Positions 58,848 through 64,000 of a DNA stretch of 64,000 nucleotides are shown here, in pieces. Positions within the stretch are counted from its first letter, which is position 1. Every line of letters begins with the position of its first letter. The translations under genes were made by a program, and so were the position numbers. The stretch lies in contig CAWHCF010000044.1 of NCBI GenBank assembly GCA_963827655.1, positions 71,242-135,241 of the forward strand, written 5' to 3'. This stretch comes from an uncultured Acidobacteriota bacterium (GTDB lineage: Bacteria; Acidobacteriota; UBA6911). Under the pieces are notes generated by a model. The model had not been told where the DNA came from, did not search any database, and saw only the letters and a list, made by a program, of their open reading frames with translations.

Positions 58848-60128
58848 ATGGGAGATAACGGTAAATTGAACTCGACAAAGAATGAATCCGTGCGTTGTAT
58901 CGTGTGCGGTTTGCAGACGGTGGAGCGGTTCCTGCACCTCGGCGATACGGCGCTCGCCAACAAGTTTCTGACCAGGGACGAACTGACCATCCCGGAGCCG
59001 ACCTTTCCGCTGACGGTTGGCTTCTGCCATACCTGCGGCCATGTGCAGCTAACCGAAAGAGTGCCTCCGGTCGCCATGTTTCAGGACTATCTCTACGTAT
59101 CCTCAGCTTCCGATACACTCAAGGATCATTTGTATGATTTGAGTGACACGCTCGTACAACGATATTCCCTCGGCGCTGATGATCTGGTCATCGATATCGG
59201 ATGCAATGACGGCACTCTCTTGAGCGGGTTTGCGCGTCATGGCGTGAAGACCCTGGGTGTGGATCCTGCCGAGAACCTGGCCGCCCTGGCGGGTAGTCGG
59301 GGAACCGAACGCTATGTCGGGTTCTTTACCTCAGCCTCGTCCGAGGAAATAATCCGGAGGTGGGGTCAGGCCTCGCTTATTACCGCGACCAATACTTTCC
59401 CCCACATCCCGGAGTTGCGTGATTTTGTCGCCGGAATCAAGAAGGTGCTCGAACCAGGGGGCGTGTTTGTCATCGAAGCACATTACCTGGTCGACATGCT
59501 GGAACAAGCCGCCTTTGATACCATCTATCACGAGCACGTTTCTTACTGGGCGTTAGGTCCGATGGTCCACCTCTTCGCTCAAGAAGGCATGGAAATCGTC
59601 AATGTCGAACGCCTGCCCCTCCATCATGGCCAGTTGCGGGTTGCGGTCCAGCGCAAAGGAGAGGGACGCGTGCAGCGAAGCGTCGTCGAATTGCTCGCAT
59701 TGGAGCGGGAGCTAGGGATCGATCGGTTTGAAACCTACCAGCGCTTTGCCGAGCAAACCCAACAGCTCAAGCGCGATTTGCACTATACCCTGAGGGAACT
59801 GCGACGCCAGGGAAAACGAGTCGCCGGTTACGGAGCGCCGGCGAAGGGCAACACACTGCTGAGCTTTCTGGAGCTCGGTCCCGATACGGTCAACTACATC
59901 GCTGATCGCAGTCTGCTGAAACAAGGGCGCTATACGCCCGGTTCACACATTCCGGTCGTGCCTCCCGATCGACTGTTAGCCGACCAGCCTGATTACGTCT
60001 TGCTGCTCGCCTGGAACTTTACCGACGAAGTGCTGGGGCAGCAGGCGGAGTACCGAAAACGGGGCGGCAAGTTCATCGTCCCGGTTCCGAACGTCAAGAT
60101 AATAGAGCCTGCGCCATCCAGGAATTGA
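58848..60128 (+). CDS. Nucleotide-sugar C-methyltransferase family protein (Zn-binding N-terminus + SAM MTase + C-methyltransferase C-domain; TylCIII-like)
   Basis: CIVCGLQTVERFLHLGDTALANKF ... CHTCGH (Methyltransf_13 Zn finger), VIDIGCNDGTLL (motif I), C-terminal Methyltransf_14-like domain. Confidence 0.75.
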   Translation: MGDNGKLNSTKNESVRCIVCGLQTVERFLHLGDTALANKFLTRDELTIPEPTFPLTVGFCHTCGHVQLTERVPPVAMFQDYLYVSSASDTLKDHLYDLSDTLVQRYSLGADDLVIDIGCNDGTLLSGFARHGVKTLGVDPAENLAALAGSRGTERYVGFFTSASSEEIIRRWGQASLITATNTFPHIPELRDFVAGIKKVLEPGGVFVIEAHYLVDMLEQAAFDTIYHEHVSYWALGPMVHLFAQEGMEIVNVERLPLHHGQLRVAVQRKGEGRVQRSVVELLALERELGIDRFETYQRFAEQTQQLKRDLHYTLRELRRQGKRVAGYGAPAKGNTLLSFLELGPDTVNYIADRSLLKQGRYTPGSHIPVVPPDRLLADQPDYVLLLAWNFTDEVLGQQAEYRKRGGKFIVPVPNVKIIEPAPSRN

Positions 60129-60157
60129 ACCTCGCAGTCCCATGAAGGTAGTGGGGC

Positions 60158-61039
60158 ATGGACCGAAAAAATCCGGCAAGTTGGGCTGTGGCCGCCGTCG
60201 CCTGGCGTCTTCATCACGTCAGGCGACTGACTAAATCGTACTTGCTGAAAAGGTGCAAGTCATACTTCGAGCGCCAGGGCTACGGGACTTACCTGGTGGC
60301 CAAGAAAGATTGCCTGGCTGCTTTGACCGTGAAAGAAGCGCAATACTACACTCAGTGGTGCGCCCCCTGCCCCCTCTTTACCCCATGGGCAGGGCATCCG
60401 GACTTTCAGAAGGTATATGAAGGTATCGAGCCTCACACGCTGGTTTCTCCCGAGCGATGCTACATGCTGGTGAGTCTGGCCCGTCACAGTCTGCATCTCG
60501 CCGGGGATTTTGCCGAATGCGGAGTTTATAGAGGCGGGACGGCGCTCTTGCTTTCTCGTGTTCTTGACGACGATCGGTTCGTAACCAGTCAGGCTAAGAC
60601 CTTGTATCTGTTCGATAGTTTCGAGGGGTTACCCCGTAAAAACGGAAGTCACGATAATGTATACGGCGAAGGAACCTTCGCGATCGACTCGGTAGAATCG
60701 GTGAAGAGTCTCTTGAGCAGTTTCCGAAATTTTACCGACTTTCGCAAGGGTTGGATTCCCGATACTTTCCAGGGACTTGATGACAGGCGTTACGCCTTTG
60801 CCCACATCGATGTGGACCTCTATCAGTCTGCTCTGGATTGCTGCCGGTATTTTTATCCGCGCCTGGTCCCCGGTGGAGTGCTGGTCTTCGACGACTATGG
60901 ATTCCCGGCGGCCCGTGGCGAAAAAGATGCTGTCGACGAGTTTTTTGCCGACAAGCCGGAATCTCCCATAACGCTCCTGACCGGACAATCCCTCGTCATA
61001 AAACTACCCGGATCAGCGGAACTAATCGCCGGAAAATGA
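60158..61039 (+). CDS. TylF/MycF-family sugar O-methyltransferase
   Basis: GDFAECGVYRGGTALLL ... LYLFDSFEGLP ... FAHIDVDLYQS ... GGVLVFDDYG, the macrocin-O-MT family pattern. Confidence 0.8.
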   Translation: MDRKNPASWAVAAVAWRLHHVRRLTKSYLLKRCKSYFERQGYGTYLVAKKDCLAALTVKEAQYYTQWCAPCPLFTPWAGHPDFQKVYEGIEPHTLVSPERCYMLVSLARHSLHLAGDFAECGVYRGGTALLLSRVLDDDRFVTSQAKTLYLFDSFEGLPRKNGSHDNVYGEGTFAIDSVESVKSLLSSFRNFTDFRKGWIPDTFQGLDDRRYAFAHIDVDLYQSALDCCRYFYPRLVPGGVLVFDDYGFPAARGEKDAVDEFFADKPESPITLLTGQSLVIKLPGSAELIAGK

Positions 61040-62375
61040 ATTCAGCCGATTTAACCACCGGTCTCAATTTGGTTGACGCCGGGACAGAGATGTACGCCCT
61101 GGTTTCGGAGTTATATCCCATTTGCCGAAGCATCACGGGCGGCGGAGTGCGAGAGACCCTTCGTATCCTTCAAAGCCGGATTCCGCTCACAATCCATGAG
61201 ATCCCCAGCGGCACACCCGTATTCGACTGGAATATTCCCAGAGAGTGGAACATCAGAGATGCCTGCGTAAAGAATGCGCAAGGGGAGCGAGTCATAGATT
61301 TCAGGAAATCCAACCTGCACGTGGTCAGCTACAGCGTGCCGGTCAGAACCAGGATTCCGCTTGACGAGTTGAAAGAGCATCTGTTTACGCTCCCCGATCA
61401 CCCGGACTGGATTCCGTATCGAACTTCATACTATGCGGAAAACTGGGGATTCTGCCTGAGCCACAATGAATTGATGCGGTTGAAGGATGGCGAATACGAG
61501 GTACTGGATCGATGCGTCTCTGGAAAAAGGTCACCTTACCTACGGCGAATACTATCTCGCAGGAGAGAGCGCCGAAGAGGTCCTGATATCCTGTCATGTC
61601 TGCCATCCGTCGCTGTGCAACGATAACCTTTCCGGCATTGCCCTGGCGGTGTCTCTGGCGCAGCGACTGGGGCAGGTCAAGCGCAGATATTCCTATCGAT
61701 TTCTTTTTACCCCCGGAACCATCGGTTCCATAACCTGGCTCTCCTTGAACGAAGCGCAGCTTTCCCGAATCAAACACGGGCTGGTTTTAGCTTGTGTCGG
61801 GCGACTCGGGCAAGTTTACCTACAAAAAAACTCGCCGCGGCAATGCAGAGATTGACCGGGCCGTCGCCTATGTCTTCCAGCATGCGGGCAACGACTACGA
61901 GATCCTGAATTTTTCCCCCTACGGCTATGACGAGCGCCAGTTCTGCTCGCCGGCGTTCAATCTTCCGGTTGGATGTTTTATGCGAACGCCGCACGGCCGC
62001 TTCCCGGAGTATCACACGTCCGCCGACAATCTTGATCTGGTGCGCCCTCAAAACCTTTCGGACTCGTTCGCCCGGTGTTTATCGGTTCTGCAGATCCTGG
62101 AGGAGAACAAGGCTTACCTGAACCAGAATCCAAAGTGCGAGCCGCAACTGGGCAAGCGAGGGCTCTATCGAACCATGGGAGGGGAAACCGATGGAAAAAG
62201 TCGTGAACTGGCAATGTTGTGGCTTTTGAATCTATCGGACGGCAGCCATACTTTGTTGGACATCGCGGAGGAATCCGGGCTGGAGTTCGGTCTTATCAGT
62301 AGCGCCCGAGACGCGCTGGTGCAACACGGCCTGTTGAAGGAGCGTCCCGAAGAAGCGCAGCCGACCTGCAGGTAG
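61036..62375 (+). CDS. DUF4910/aminopeptidase-like-domain protein with C-terminal winged-helix (polysaccharide-locus associated), split over three frames
   Basis: Pieces in ORFs 60838..61626 (from Met 61036, ATGA overlap with the O-MT), 61487..61855 and 61794..62375. The C-terminus RELAMLWLLNLSDGSHTLLDIAEESGL is wHTH-like. Confidence 0.5.
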
Positions 62376-62403
62376 CCAACGACAACCGGTCACACTTTCA
62401 ATC

Positions 62404-63126
62404 ATGGCAGACTTCACCAATCAGATAGCGGTTGTAACGGGCGCCAGCAGCGGCGTCGGCAGGGCCATTGCCCTTGCCCTCGCCGAGCAGGGGGCTACCG
62501 TCTGCCTTGTGGGGCGCAAGCTGGAAGCGCTTCAATCGGTTTCAGGCAGCGCCGGTTCCTCTCGCTTTTTCAGTTATCAGGCCGATCTCACGAACGACGA
62601 GGAAATCCATGAACTGGCGGCGCGCCTGCAGCGAGACGTCGGCTTTATCGACCTGCTGGTTCACAGCGCGGGCGTTATCGCGTTGGGACCGATCGAAGAG
62701 GCTCCGGTCGAAGACTTCGATCGCCAGTACCGCACTAATGTGCGCGGCCCTTACGTCCTTACCCAGGCACTGCTGCCTATGTTCCGCGGATCTCGAGGCG
62801 AGGTTGTATTTGTCAATTCCAGTATCGGTCTGAGCGCCAGAGCCGGCACGGGACAGTACGCGGCAACCAAGCTCGCGCTCAAGGCCATCGCGGACAGCCT
62901 GCGCGCGGAAGTAAACGCGGATGGGCGGCGGGTACTCAGCGTATTTCTTGGACGAACCGCGACTCCGATGCAGCAGACTATTCACGATCGGGAAGGCCGG
63001 GACTATCATCCGGAGCTGCTGCTTCAGCCGGAAGACGTGGCCGCCGTGGTGTTGAACGCCGTCAGCTTGCCGCGGACCGCCGAAGTTACCGACATTAATA
63101 TCAGGCCGATGATCAAGACGGCCTAG
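62404..63126 (+). CDS. SDR-family oxidoreductase (classical short-chain dehydrogenase)
   Basis: VVTGASSGVGRAIA (TGxxxGxG), NSSIG ... YAATK (YxxxK). Confidence 0.9.
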   Translation: MADFTNQIAVVTGASSGVGRAIALALAEQGATVCLVGRKLEALQSVSGSAGSSRFFSYQADLTNDEEIHELAARLQRDVGFIDLLVHSAGVIALGPIEEAPVEDFDRQYRTNVRGPYVLTQALLPMFRGSRGEVVFVNSSIGLSARAGTGQYAATKLALKAIADSLRAEVNADGRRVLSVFLGRTATPMQQTIHDREGRDYHPELLLQPEDVAAVVLNAVSLPRTAEVTDINIRPMIKTA

Positions 63127-63194
63127 GGAAGCGCCCTCCATACTGTGAGACATTAGCCGAAGGCGGCAACCTGTCGCGCATTTGAGAGGAAATC

Positions 63195-64000
63195 ATGGAT
63201 ACTTCATTCTTGAAGTTGCTGCGCTGCCCTTTTTGTGCGGGGACTCTGAGCGCAAGCGGGCCTGAACCGGTTTCACCCGAACCGGAATACGGTGTGCTGA
63301 GCTGCTATTGCGGCCGGTACCCCATCGTGGCCGGCATTCCCGTTCTCAAAAAGGGAAACATCGGCAGCGCCGGACAAAGCAGCGAAGAGGTCATCGCCTT
63401 GATTGAGAATGGCCGGCGAGTCCGAGGCGCTGTTTTCTCTTTTGACACCGCCCGGCTTGCCGCCGTCGCCGTCCTGGATCCGTTCCTTGCCTTCGGTCAC
63501 GGGAATCAATCGGGTCAAGAGCCTCGCGTCGGAGCGGTCGGCGCGCCAGTGGCAAGAGCAGGCGGCCCCGCTCCTGGCAGATGAAGAAGCGACGGCCTGT
63601 AACCTCCTGGATCTCTATTTCAGCAGGAATAAGAACAAGCTTGTCCGCGACTATTTCGCCTTCCGTTTCGGCAACGGGCGCTATCTGGTGGGCCTGTCTT
63701 TTGCTGCCAGCCTGGCAACCAGCCCGATCGAGCCCTGTTGGATTTGGCTTGCGGATGCGGCCACCTGACCAGCGGCCTGGTGCAGCAAGCGGAAGGCCGG
63801 CCCGGTGGTGGGAATGGACGATTCCTTTTTCGGACTCTATGTGGCCAAGCGTTGGACTGCGCCTCAGGCAGAATATGTCTGTTGCGCGGCCGATGGGTCC
63901 CTCCCTTTCCCGGATGGCGCCTTTTCGGCCGCATTCTGCTCCGATGCCTTTCACTATTTCTCTGCCAAGGCAACGAGCGCTCGGGAACTGAAACGCCTGA
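63195..64000 (+). CDS. Trm112-like zinc-ribbon N-terminus fused to a class I SAM methyltransferase, partial (runs off window end) with about 3 frameshifts
   Basis: LKLLRCPFCAGTL ... LSCYCGRYPIVAGIPVL (Trm112p-like). Later LLDLACGCGHLTSGL (motif I) and VVGMDDS ... ADGSLPFPDGAFSAAFCSDAFHY (motifs II/III) lie in two other frames. Confidence 0.55.

Noticed and set aside
1-64000. Mobile elements, integrases or phage genes as the reason for the mosaic locus
   Set aside because: No transposase, integrase, recombinase or terminal inverted repeats were found. The only long repeats are the paired 18-20-bp palindromic elements in the leader.

Overview
High-GC (about 60-65%) bacterial chromosomal window. 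The first 18 kb is housekeeping; the rest is a roughly 45-kb surface-polysaccharide (EPS/capsule-like) locus. The gene content suggests Acidobacteriota or a similar soil lineage, but that is only an inference. Housekeeping part (1-18 kb): a partial Ldh_2-type dehydrogenase, a NupC nucleoside transporter, an AtoE short-chain fatty acid transporter, a secreted D-aminoacylase-type amidohydrolase, an FkbM methyltransferase, the AddB-AddA helicase-nuclease pair (addB apparently frameshifted), an M28 peptidase with a PDZ tail (frameshifted), a divergent LDH/MDH-like protein, a TPR protein, a MutT/NUDIX hydrolase and a HAD hydrolase. Polysaccharide locus (18-64 kb): it opens with a LuxR-family (EpsA-like) regulator and a single-domain PilZ protein. 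A 1.1-kb low-coding leader follows; it carries a palindromic direct repeat and an ops-like GGCGGTAG motif. Next comes a NusG paralog of the RfaH/UpxY/LoaP type (conserved PLFPGYLF NGN motif). The structural genes follow: Wza, a Wzc tyrosine autokinase, a NodU/CmcH carbamoyltransferase, three SGNH-fold esterase/acyltransferase paralogs, CapA, FemAB-family and PaaK-like adenylating enzymes, several GT2/GT4 glycosyltransferases, a NeuB-NeuC-NeuA nonulosonic-acid cassette, a Wzy-like polymerase, and a Wzm/Wzt ABC exporter whose Wzt has a C-terminal glycan-binding domain. Further on are a UbiA-family decaprenyl-phosphate phosphoribosyltransferase next to a GT-C glycosyltransferase, and a GDP-D-glycero-alpha-D-manno-heptose operon (GmhA, HddC-GmhB fusion, HddA) with epimerase, C-methyltransferase and O-methyltransferase tailoring genes. 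The window contains many apparent frameshifts, densest at 43.8-50.0 kb. Other long genes (addA, wzc, the carbamoyltransferase, wzt) are intact, so this is either genuine gene decay or localized assembly error. No rRNA, tRNA, CRISPR array or obvious transposase was found.
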